From a virus (taxonomy: Duplodnaviria; Caudoviricetes), in the IMG/VR virus record IMGVR_UViG_3300010346_002920, positions 3,886 through 67,885 of that record: a stretch of 64,000 bases of DNA; one strand, 5' to 3'. Shown piece by piece: positions 25,932-33,764 of this stretch. The notes under the pieces are model-generated. The model was given only the letters and a program-made list of their open reading frames with translations. It was not told where the DNA came from and made no database searches. The position numbers and the translations under genes were made by a program. How positions within the stretch are numbered: the stretch's first letter is position 1; the number at the start of each line of letters is the position of its first letter.

Positions 25932-27421
25932 CTTTGGTCGGAAAACGGCCCTTCGACGAGAACGTCGAAGGGCCTTTTCTTTGTGGTTACAAGACTTACG
26001 TCGCTTAATGACCGTTTCAATAAAACACGCCCGAGGATTGCCCGCCGGGCGTCTTTCCCAGAAACCCCCCAATTCTGGCCCGCGTTTTGCGCGAAATCAA
26101 AGAGCGCCAGGACGTTCTGGCCAACCTCCTCCCCGCATGTCCCTGCCCCGTCCAACTGCTCCCGCAGCCGCTCGGCCTCAACTTTCATCTCGGTTGTCTT
26201 GGCGGTGAACGGTTCTTTTTCGATCGCGCCGCTCAGGTAGGCGTCCATCAATCGCGTCTGCATCTGGTCCAGTTCGGTCAGGCGTTTGCGGGTCTGGCGG
26301 ATGCGCTGCTCCCGCAGAATCGTCTGATCGTTGCAGGCCACGGCCAGGTGGCGGCGGAACCAGTCGCGTCGTTCGTCGTCGGGGATGCGGAGGCTGGTCA
26401 GGTCCCGCTTGATGGCCTCTTCGAGCTGATCCTGCCGCCAACGGACCACAGGGTGGTCCGGGGCGGGGTCCAGATTCCCGCAGCGGTAGTAGACGTACTC
26501 GTGGACCTTGCCGCTCTTCATCTTGCGGACGATGCGCTCGCCGGTGATTCCGTAGCCGCAGTGGGCGCAGACGAACATGCCTCCGGCCAGGTAGTGGTTG
26601 GCGTCTCGCACGCGGCGGTTCTTGCCGTTGAGCAGGTCCTGGCACCGCTCGAACAGTTCGAGGTCGACGAGGGGTTTGTGCTTGCCGATGTACGTCTGCC
26701 CTCGGAACGTGACCATGCCCACGTAGATGCGGTTGTTCAGGATGTAGGACATCGCGCAGCGGTGGAATCGTGGGCATCCGGGTTGGTAGATGAAGCCTTC
26801 GCGTTGAAGCACGTCGGCCATGGCCTTGAAGGTGTAGAGCCCGGTGGCGTACAGCTCGAAGAGTCGCTGGACGGTCGGTCCGTTGACCGGGTGGATCTGG
26901 ATGGGTTCATCGCGGTCGTCTTTCACGTTCCGGTAGCCGTAGGCCGCCAGGCCCGGCGCCCAGCCTTGGCGAACCTTTTCCTCGATGCCCTTGAGCACCT
27001 CGGTGCGAAGGTTGTCGGAGTAGTACTGGGCGACGGCGGCCATGACGTTGAACGACAGCGCCCCGGCCGCGCCGGGTCCGAACTGGTTTTCCACGAAGGC
27101 GAGCTTTACCCCGCACTGGTCTTCCATTTCCTGGAGCCGCACGGCATCACGCATGTTGCGGCAGGCCCGGTCGAGCTTGTGGGCGAGGATGAAGTCGATC
27201 TTCAGCTTGCGGGCGTTGGCGCGGACCCACTTGAGCATCTCGTTGAACGCCACGCGTTCGGCCCCGCGCTTGGCCGACTCGGCCACCACGAACTCGCGGA
27301 CGATGCCCCAGCCCTCCTTCCGCGCCCGCTCGCGGTTCACGCGGAGTTGGGCGTCGATGGAGTAGCCCTCTCGCTGTTCCCGCGACGAGACGCGTGCCCA
27401 AATCACGCAGTTCTGCATCAT
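25919..27421 (-). CDS. large serine recombinase (integrase)
   Basis: CVIWARVSSREQ with catalytic Ser, recombinase domain, zinc ribbon CAHCG...YYRC, coiled coil. AGGAGA RBS before ATG 27421. Confidence 0.95.
   Translation of the reverse strand: MMQNCVIWARVSSREQREGYSIDAQLRVNRERARKEGWGIVREFVVAESAKRGAERVAFNEMLKWVRANARKLKIDFILAHKLDRACRNMRDAVRLQEMEDQCGVKLAFVENQFGPGAAGALSFNVMAAVAQYYSDNLRTEVLKGIEEKVRQGWAPGLAAYGYRNVKDDRDEPIQIHPVNGPTVQRLFELYATGLYTFKAMADVLQREGFIYQPGCPRFHRCAMSYILNNRIYVGMVTFRGQTYIGKHKPLVDLELFERCQDLLNGKNRRVRDANHYLAGGMFVCAHCGYGITGERIVRKMKSGKVHEYVYYRCGNLDPAPDHPVVRWRQDQLEEAIKRDLTSLRIPDDERRDWFRRHLAVACNDQTILREQRIRQTRKRLTELDQMQTRLMDAYLSGAIEKEPFTAKTTEMKVEAERLREQLDGAGTCGEEVGQNVLALFDFAQNAGQNWGVSGKDARRAILGRVLLKRSLSDVSLVTTKKRPFDVLVEGPFSDQSRGD
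25947..25983 (+). terminator. hairpin/terminator after the tRNA remnant, inside the recombinase CDS
   Basis: GGCCCTTCGACG-AGAA-CGTCGAAGGGCC followed by TTTTCTTT. Confidence 0.75.
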
Positions 27422-27696
27422 GGTCTCCTTCTGGCCTGGACCAGCACGTCGGCGAGGTCCTTGACGTTCATGAGAATCTCGACCGCCTCGCCTTCGGTCA
27501 GTTCTCTGCCGTAGTACGGCGACCACACCCGACGCGTGTCCTCGACCGCCTCGTCCGTGATCCAGGCCGCCCCGGGCGGGCGGCGGGGAATCGCGTCGGT
27601 CGGTGGACACCCTTGCTCCGGTGGCGCCATAAATCCAGTCGAATCTGCGGCTCTGATCATGGATGGTTCTCCCCCTTCCTCAGGCATGTTCGCCAT
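27418..27696 (-). CDS. small hypothetical protein upstream of the recombinase
   Basis: Coupled to the recombinase start; ends DTRRVWSPYYGRELTEGEAVEILMNV. Confidence 0.6.
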   Translation of the reverse strand: MANMPEEGGEPSMIRAADSTGFMAPPEQGCPPTDAIPRRPPGAAWITDEAVEDTRRVWSPYYGRELTEGEAVEILMNVKDLADVLVQARRRP

Positions 27697-28267
27697 CGCC
27701 GCGGTAGTCCGGATCGATCCAGGCCAGCAGCCCGGCGGCGGTGAACACCTCGCGGATGCGGACGATGGCCCTGCTGACGGTGTCGCGCCCGCAACCCACC
27801 TGCTCGGCGATGACCGTGACCGGGAGGCGATCCCCCATGCCGTGGCAGATCATTCGATCACGGGCGGAGAGGGTGGCCATCGCGGTGGCCAGATCGAGCC
27901 GCAGATCGACGAGATCTAGCTGCGTGATGTGGTGAGGCCGCCCGGGGCGCCCGGAGGCCGAATCGCCGGACATGACCTTCACACGCTCGATGCACTTCTG
28001 ATAGCGGTTCTTTGCGCGGAGGTATGCCTTGATCTGGCGGTCGATCACCGCTGTCATTGCGGTCGTGCGCGACGCACCCCTGGAGCGAGAGGGGTCGTAC
28101 TCGAACTTGGCGAGCTTGGGGACGATCTGCTGCAGGAGATCATCGATTTCATCGCGGTCGATGTGCATACGCCTGGCGCGGCTGACCACGAGGCGGGGCA
28201 CTTCTTGTTCCACGATCCCGACGTAGCTGTTGGCGGGCATGACTGGGCCTTTCACTTCAGGGGCCAT
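27680..28267 (-). CDS. ECF/sigma-70-like factor (regions 2 and 4)
   Basis: DEIDDLLQQIV, YDPSRSRGASRTT, and C-terminal LSARDRMIC...VIAEQVGCGRDTVSRAIVRIR. Start uncertain (28240 or 28267). Confidence 0.7.
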   Translation of the reverse strand: MAPEVKGPVMPANSYVGIVEQEVPRLVVSRARRMHIDRDEIDDLLQQIVPKLAKFEYDPSRSRGASRTTAMTAVIDRQIKAYLRAKNRYQKCIERVKVMSGDSASGRPGRPHHITQLDLVDLRLDLATAMATLSARDRMICHGMGDRLPVTVIAEQVGCGRDTVSRAIVRIREVFTAAGLLAWIDPDYRGDGEHA

Positions 28268-28543
28268 TCGTGTCGCGTCGAGACGCTCTCGACGCTGCAC
28301 GTGTCATGCTCCGCGCGATGCTCGGTCCGGTATGTAGTCCCAGCGCTGCGCCCGCGAACTCATATGCGCCACAGATGCGGCACATTAGTCGTTCATGCCG
28401 CGCATCTCTCAGCCCATATGTGGCGCATATGTGTTTACTAGCTCACATCTCCATGAGCGAGCAAATCTCGGGGGCAACGGCAAATAACGGGTAGTCGCAT
28501 CGCGGGTCGCAAACGACCCACTCGACGCCCGATTGGAGAGCCG

Positions 28544-28843
28544 ATGATCAACGCACTGGCACGAAGAACCGACTCACCCACGTCGCACCAGGCCGCTGAA
28601 GAAGTGGAAGCCAGCGGTCGTGCGGCCAGCCAACGCCACCTCTGTTTGATTGAGGTCTGGAAGACCCCAGGCAAGACGGCCGCCGAGATCGCGGTGGCCG
28701 CCGGTCTCGAACGTCACGTCCCCTCTCGTCGTCTGCCGGAACTCCGCAAGGCCGGGCAGATCGTCAATGGACCCGAGCGTCTCTGCACCGTCACCGGCAA
28801 CCTCAGCATGACCTGGCTGCCAGCCAGGGAGGTGAAGTCATGA
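28544..28843 (+). CDS. winged-helix DNA-binding protein
   Basis: PGKTAAEIAVAAGLERHVPSRRLPELRKAG. Confidence 0.7.
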   Translation: MINALARRTDSPTSHQAAEEVEASGRAASQRHLCLIEVWKTPGKTAAEIAVAAGLERHVPSRRLPELRKAGQIVNGPERLCTVTGNLSMTWLPAREVKS

Positions 28844-28893
28844 CTTCCGCCGACCATAACCAGGCCCCGTGCGGGCCATTGGAAAGGAACCAC

Positions 28894-29187
28894 ATGAATC
28901 GAATGGGCTACAGGTATCAGTTCGCCGAGGAAATTGACCTCCGCGAGGTCCGCAAGCCCCTTCTGCTGGCGCTTCTGGCCACCGAGGGGCTGTTCGGCCA
29001 CTGCCGCGTCCGAAGCGACGCGGAGTGCTTCAGCGACGAGAGCATCAACGTCATCGTCATCGACGCCGGCACGCCGGTCGGCATGGCCATCAGTCTGATC
29101 TTCACAGCCTTCATCGCAGCCGAGTTCGGCGCCACCGCCTTCAGCATCCGCCGCGTCCAGCTTCTGGTCCCCAGCCCCGCCGCCTGA
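28894..29187 (+). CDS. hypothetical phage protein
   Basis: GAAAGG RBS; located in the early operon. Confidence 0.6.
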   Translation: MNRMGYRYQFAEEIDLREVRKPLLLALLATEGLFGHCRVRSDAECFSDESINVIVIDAGTPVGMAISLIFTAFIAAEFGATAFSIRRVQLLVPSPAA

Positions 29188-29203
29188 AAGGAAACTCCCT
29201 CCC

Positions 29204-29719
29204 ATGAAACGCACCCTACTGGACATCACCGAAGACCTTCAGGCCCTGGACGACCTGCTGACGGAAGCCGCCGGCGACATCACCGGCGTCGAGGCGACCG
29301 TCGACGCCTGGCTGGCGGAACTGGAGCAGGACCTCAAGGGCAAAGTGGACAACTACGCCGCCCTGATCACCGCGATGAACGCCCGCGCGGAGGTCCGCAA
29401 GGCCGAGGCCGACCGGCTCTACCACCGGGCCAAGGTGGACGCCGGCAACGCGAAATTCCTGCGCGATCGGCTCAAGGCCGCCCTGGAGATGCGGGGCATC
29501 ACGAAGTTGGAGACCGACCGCTATAAGGTCGGCGTCGCCAAGGTCGGCGGCAACCTGCCGCTCATCATCCCCGACCCGGCCGTCGTGGCCCACGAGTTCA
29601 TCCGCGTCAAGGAGATCCGCGAGCCGGACAAGGATGCCATCCGCAAGGCCCTGGAGTCGGGCCAGCAGGTGACGGGCGCCGAGCTCGGCGTCCGCGGGAC
29701 CTGCCTCACGATCCGGTAG
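29204..29719 (+). CDS. siphovirus Gp157 family protein
   Basis: KVDNYAALI...KEIREPDKDAIRKALESGQQVTGAEL. Confidence 0.85.
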   Translation: MKRTLLDITEDLQALDDLLTEAAGDITGVEATVDAWLAELEQDLKGKVDNYAALITAMNARAEVRKAEADRLYHRAKVDAGNAKFLRDRLKAALEMRGITKLETDRYKVGVAKVGGNLPLIIPDPAVVAHEFIRVKEIREPDKDAIRKALESGQQVTGAELGVRGTCLTIR

Positions 29720-29725
29720 CACCCA

Positions 29726-29790
29726 GGCGGGAGAGGGCGAGTCGGGGCCTCATCAGCCCCGACAGGCAGGTTCAACTCCTGCCCCCGCCG
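29726..29790 (+). ncRNA. D-armless tRNA-like structure with a CAT-centred loop
   Basis: GGCGGG/CCCGCC closing stem, GTCGGGGC-CTCATCA-GCCCCGAC arm, GGCAGG-TTCAACT-CCTGCC T-arm. Confidence 0.55.
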
Positions 29791-29844
29791 ATGGCTGGCC
29801 AGCCAAATGTGAAGAACACCAACCACTTACAGAAGGAACTGAAC

Positions 29845-30642
29845 ATGAGCTTACTGGAACGGATGCACAAGGGGCGGCAGTTCACGCCGCCCAGGCTGGA
29901 GATCCACGGCAGCGAGGGCATCGGCAAGAGCACCCTGGCGTCAAGGGCCCCCAATCCTGCCTTCATCGCCACCGAGGACGGCCTGGGCCAGATCGACTGC
30001 AACGCCTTCCCGCTGGCCAGGGCCTACGAGGACGTCGTGTCCTCGCTGGAGGCCCTCCGCGACGAACAGCACGAGTACCAGACGGTCGTCATCGATACGG
30101 TGGACTGGCTGGAGCGGCTGATCTGGGCGCGAGTCTGCAGGGACAAGAAGGTCAGCAACATCGAGGACATCGGCTACCAGAAGGGCTACGTCTTCGCCCT
30201 GGACTACTGGCGGACGGTGCTGGACCTGCTGGACGAGCTGCGCCACAAGCGCAAGATGATGGCGATCCTGCTGGCCCACTCGAAGGTCGAGAAGTTCGAG
30301 GACCCCGAGACCCTCAGCTACGACCGCTACAGCCCCAAGCTGCACAAGCACGCCAACGCCATGGTCATCGAGTGGTGCGACGCGGTCTTGTTCGCCACCC
30401 GGATCATCGCCACCCGGACCGAGGACAAGGGCTTCGGCCAGAAGCGGACCATCGCCACCGGGGCCGGCGAGGGCGACCGCCGCATCCTCAAGTGCGTGGG
30501 CGGGCCGGCGTGCGTGGCCAAGAACCGCTACAGCCTGCGGGCCGAGCTGCCCCTGGACTGGAACACTCTGTTCAACGAGATCATCAAGTCGCAGTCTGCC
30601 AACCCCAACACCCAAATCGAAGGAGCAATGACCAATGCCTAA
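29845..30642 (+). CDS. AAA_24 family phage NTPase (Sak4-like)
   Basis: IHGSEGIGKST, VVIDTVDWLE. Confidence 0.88.
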   Translation: MSLLERMHKGRQFTPPRLEIHGSEGIGKSTLASRAPNPAFIATEDGLGQIDCNAFPLARAYEDVVSSLEALRDEQHEYQTVVIDTVDWLERLIWARVCRDKKVSNIEDIGYQKGYVFALDYWRTVLDLLDELRHKRKMMAILLAHSKVEKFEDPETLSYDRYSPKLHKHANAMVIEWCDAVLFATRIIATRTEDKGFGQKRTIATGAGEGDRRILKCVGGPACVAKNRYSLRAELPLDWNTLFNEIIKSQSANPNTQIEGAMTNA

Positions 30643-31093
30643 TCTCAATGGATTCGATGCCAACAACGTGGAACCGGTCCCCAGCTACGAACCGATCCCG
30701 GCCGGCCAGTACCTGGCGCAGATCGTGGCCTCCGAGGAGAAGACCAGCCAGAAGGGCAACAAGTTCCTGAGCCTCGAGCTGGAGGTTCTGGATGGGCAGT
30801 ACAAGGGTCGGAAGATCTGGGTCAATCTGAACCTGGACCACCCCAACCCCGAGACGGTGAAGTTCGCCCGGGCGGAACTGGCGGCCATCTGCAAGGCGGT
30901 GGGCGTGCTGCGGCCCCAGGACAGCGTCCAGCTCCACGGCCTGCCCATGCTCATCACCGTCAAGTGCGTCAACCGCAAGGACAACGGCGAGCTCCAGAAC
31001 CGCATCAAGGCCTACGCCTCCAAGGCGGCTGCGGCCCAGAGCCAGCCGCAGCAGGCCCCGGCGACCAGCGCCACGCCCCCGTGGAGAAGGTGA
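30635..31093 (+). CDS. DUF669 family protein (putative ssDNA-binding)
   Basis: YEPIPAGQYLAQIV...GQYKGRKIWVNLNLDHPN...NRIKAY. Confidence 0.85.
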   Translation: MPNLNGFDANNVEPVPSYEPIPAGQYLAQIVASEEKTSQKGNKFLSLELEVLDGQYKGRKIWVNLNLDHPNPETVKFARAELAAICKAVGVLRPQDSVQLHGLPMLITVKCVNRKDNGELQNRIKAYASKAAAAQSQPQQAPATSATPPWRR

Positions 31094-31299
31094 GGACCGC
31101 CGTGGGCATCAAGTGTGAGATCTGCCAGCACCCGCTGAAGAACCGCAAGAACAGGTACTGCCCCCGATGCACAAAGACCATGCGACGCAAGATGATGCAG
31201 TCCAGATACCTTCAGGACACGTACGTGCGGCCCTACTTCAGCGAGGACTTGGGGCGGCCGGGGGGCAGCCGGGCGCCGTATGCGGGGGTGCACAGATGA
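31090..31299 (+). CDS. small zinc-finger protein
   Basis: CEIC...CPRC; GTGA overlap with the upstream gene. Confidence 0.55.
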   Translation: MRTAVGIKCEICQHPLKNRKNRYCPRCTKTMRRKMMQSRYLQDTYVRPYFSEDLGRPGGSRAPYAGVHR

Positions 31300-31688
31300 T
31301 TCTCACGCTTCCCTACCCGCCCAGCGTGAACCGCTACTACCGCCACGTGGGCTTTCGCACGCTCATCAGCCGCGAGGGTCGGGCATACCGCACGACGGTG
31401 TGCTCGATCCTCCGGCGGGCGGGCATCCAGGCGCTGGTCGGCACGTTGGCGGTCGGCCTGGACCTGTATCCGCCCGACCGCCGCACCCGTGATGCAGACA
31501 ATGTGCAAAAGGCGCTGCTGGACGCCCTCCAGCACGGGGGCGTGTACCGCGATGACAGCCAGGTCAAGAAGCTCCTGACCATCATGCGGGACACCGTCGT
31601 ACCCGGCGGCAAAGTGGTCGTCTGTGTCTTCCCCTTGAATCCCTCAACCTTGAAGGAAATCCAACATGAACTGGTTCACCTACCGTGA
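31296..31688 (+). CDS. rusA: RusA family Holliday junction resolvase
   Basis: LTLPYPPSVNRYYR...PPDRRTRDADNVQKALLDALQHGGVYRDDSQV. Confidence 0.92.
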   Translation: MILTLPYPPSVNRYYRHVGFRTLISREGRAYRTTVCSILRRAGIQALVGTLAVGLDLYPPDRRTRDADNVQKALLDALQHGGVYRDDSQVKKLLTIMRDTVVPGGKVVVCVFPLNPSTLKEIQHELVHLP

Positions 31689-31848
31689 GCACCAGGGCAA
31701 CTGGCGTGACGAGGTTGTCCTGCTCTTCGACCCAGCGGACAAGGACGATCCGTTCCTGAAGTTCCGCTGCGAGCAGTATCGCAAGACCGGCAAGACGGTC
31801 CGCCTGGTGGCGCTCCGGCCGCCGGCTTCCCGCAACCCCCAATCATAG
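31666..31848 (+). CDS. small hypothetical protein
   Basis: 60-aa ORF with RBS, in the operon. Confidence 0.5.
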   Translation: MNWFTYREHQGNWRDEVVLLFDPADKDDPFLKFRCEQYRKTGKTVRLVALRPPASRNPQS

Positions 31849-31858
31849 GAAATCCACC

Positions 31859-32668
31859 ATGAAGTTACCGCTTAAGAAGATTCGCCTGGACGGCGGGACC
31901 CAGACGCGGGCCCGCATCCATGAGGACGTCCTCACCGAGTACGCCGAGGACATGAAGTCTGGCTCGCCCTTCCCTCCGCTGATCGTCTTCCACGACGGCA
32001 AGGACTACTGGCTGGGCGACGGATTCCACCGCTGGGGCGCCGCCATGAAGCTCCAGCTCGACTCCATCGAGTGCGAGATTCGCCAGGGCACGATGGCCGA
32101 CGCCCAGTGGTTCAGCTTCTCGGCCAACAAGGCCAACGGCATGCGCCGGACCAACGACGATAAGGTCCGGGCGGTCAAGTCGGCTCTGCGACACTGCAAG
32201 GGCGAACGTAGCGACAGTGAGATAGCCCGGCACGTTGGCGTCGACCATCACACGGTGGCCAAGTATCGCGACGAACTGGTTGTGGCCGGCGAGATCACCG
32301 CCGCCGCGAAGGGCAGCGCATCTTGGGAAGTTCCCAAGATGGACGACGAGCCCTGCTCCGGCCAGCCCGCCCGTGTCGTCACCCGCAAGGGCAAGACTTA
32401 CCAGATGAAGGTGGGGAGCATCGGGAAGGCGAAGAAGCCCAGGGCCGCCAAGGTCTCAAAGGATCATTTCGCGGCGATGAAACTCCGCCCCGACCTGCCC
32501 GACAACGTCTCGCGAATCAAGGCCGACAGCGTGCAGGTGGAGCTGCCCACCAACCACGTCGGCAATGCCGCATACGCACTCTATCACACGTTCCAGTGGT
32601 CCTACCTCGACAAGGTCATCGCGGAAATCCGGGCCCTCCGGGCCGCCGAACAGGAAAGGAAGGTCTGA
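31859..32668 (+). CDS. ParB/Srx-like N-terminal domain protein with HTH
   Basis: PPLIVFHDGKDYWLGDGFHRW; SDSEIARHVGVDHHTV. Confidence 0.75.
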   Translation: MKLPLKKIRLDGGTQTRARIHEDVLTEYAEDMKSGSPFPPLIVFHDGKDYWLGDGFHRWGAAMKLQLDSIECEIRQGTMADAQWFSFSANKANGMRRTNDDKVRAVKSALRHCKGERSDSEIARHVGVDHHTVAKYRDELVVAGEITAAAKGSASWEVPKMDDEPCSGQPARVVTRKGKTYQMKVGSIGKAKKPRAAKVSKDHFAAMKLRPDLPDNVSRIKADSVQVELPTNHVGNAAYALYHTFQWSYLDKVIAEIRALRAAEQERKV

Positions 32669-32670
32669 CC

Positions 32671-33504
32671 ATGGTCGCCGCTTCAGAATCGCTCATGCAC
32701 ACACAGGTCATGCAGGTTACGCCGGAGCAGGCCATGCGATGGCTGGACGGCAACGTCCACAACCGGCCGCTGGACAACGAGTACGTCGACCGGCTGGTCC
32801 AGGAGATCAAGGCCGGCAACTGGAAGCTGATGCACCAGGGGCTCGCGTTCGACTCGCATGGAAAGCTCCTGGACGGCCAGCACCGGCTGTGGGCCGTCAG
32901 CCTGTCGGGCGTAACGCTGCCGATGAACGTGACGTTCAACGCCCCGTCGGACTCGCTGGAGTATCTCGACGGCGGAAAGCCACGGACCACCGCCGAGCGT
33001 ATGTCCCTGAACAACCGCCTGGGGCGGGTCAACGCCGCCCAACTGGCCGTCCTGCGGGCGATGATCCGCGGCCTGGGCCCTGACCAGCGGATGACCTACT
33101 CGCAACTGGTCGGGTTGATGGCCGCGCACAGGCAGGCCGTTGAGTTCGCCACCCAGCGGCTGGCGACCAGCCGAATCAAGGGGGTCTCGTGCAGCGCGAC
33201 GTGCGCGGTCGTGGCGCGGGCCTGGTACTGCGTCGGTGACCTCTCCCGGCTGGAACGGTTCTGCGAAGTGCTTCGGACGGGGCTGCCCCGCAGCGACGAG
33301 GAGAATGTCATCATCCTGCTTCGGGATTACCTCGGCACCCGCGACCGCAGCCAGACGCTCGCCAACTTCCGGGAACATTACGGAAAGGTCGAGCGTGCCC
33401 TGACCGCCTTCCTTCGCGGGCAATCCCTGGGTGTCTTGCGTCCCTGCTCCGCCGAGATGTTCATGCTGCCCGAGGAGACTGCCGGTGAAGGAGGACGGGC
33501 ATGA
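32671..33504 (+). CDS. ParB-like (DGQHR motif) protein
   Basis: NRPLD...GLAFDSHGKLLDGQHRL. Confidence 0.7.
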   Translation: MVAASESLMHTQVMQVTPEQAMRWLDGNVHNRPLDNEYVDRLVQEIKAGNWKLMHQGLAFDSHGKLLDGQHRLWAVSLSGVTLPMNVTFNAPSDSLEYLDGGKPRTTAERMSLNNRLGRVNAAQLAVLRAMIRGLGPDQRMTYSQLVGLMAAHRQAVEFATQRLATSRIKGVSCSATCAVVARAWYCVGDLSRLERFCEVLRTGLPRSDEENVIILLRDYLGTRDRSQTLANFREHYGKVERALTAFLRGQSLGVLRPCSAEMFMLPEETAGEGGRA

Positions 33505-33764
33505 CGGCCTTCGAGGACCGCAACGAGCTGGCCATTCAGGCGCAGCAGGCACACGAGGCCTTCTGTCTGCTTCAGGCAGCACGCGATCTGCTGCGACAAG
33601 CGGCGCGACAGGTCCCGTTGAATCCCGAGCTGTATGACCTGCGTAACGCTCTCCGGGGCTTGGCCGCCGCTGGCCAGCCTGCCGAGGACGCGATCTGGCG
33701 GTACTGGGTACGTTGGCTAAACTCGGTCACGACTCGGGCCGCCAAGTCGGAGGCCCAAGGGTAG
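33501..33764 (+). CDS. hypothetical protein
   Basis: ATGA-coupled ORF in the operon. Confidence 0.55.
   Translation: MTAFEDRNELAIQAQQAHEAFCLLQAARDLLRQAARQVPLNPELYDLRNALRGLAAAGQPAEDAIWRYWVRWLNSVTTRAAKSEAQG

Noticed and set aside
25919-27610. 563-aa version of the recombinase from the ORF track
   Set aside because: The first 63 codons overlap the upstream gene in another frame. The RBS and domain start support ATG 27421.
29756-29763. GCCCCGAC in the tRNA mimic matches part of the att core
   Set aside because: An 8-bp GC-rich match is expected by chance in this sequence.
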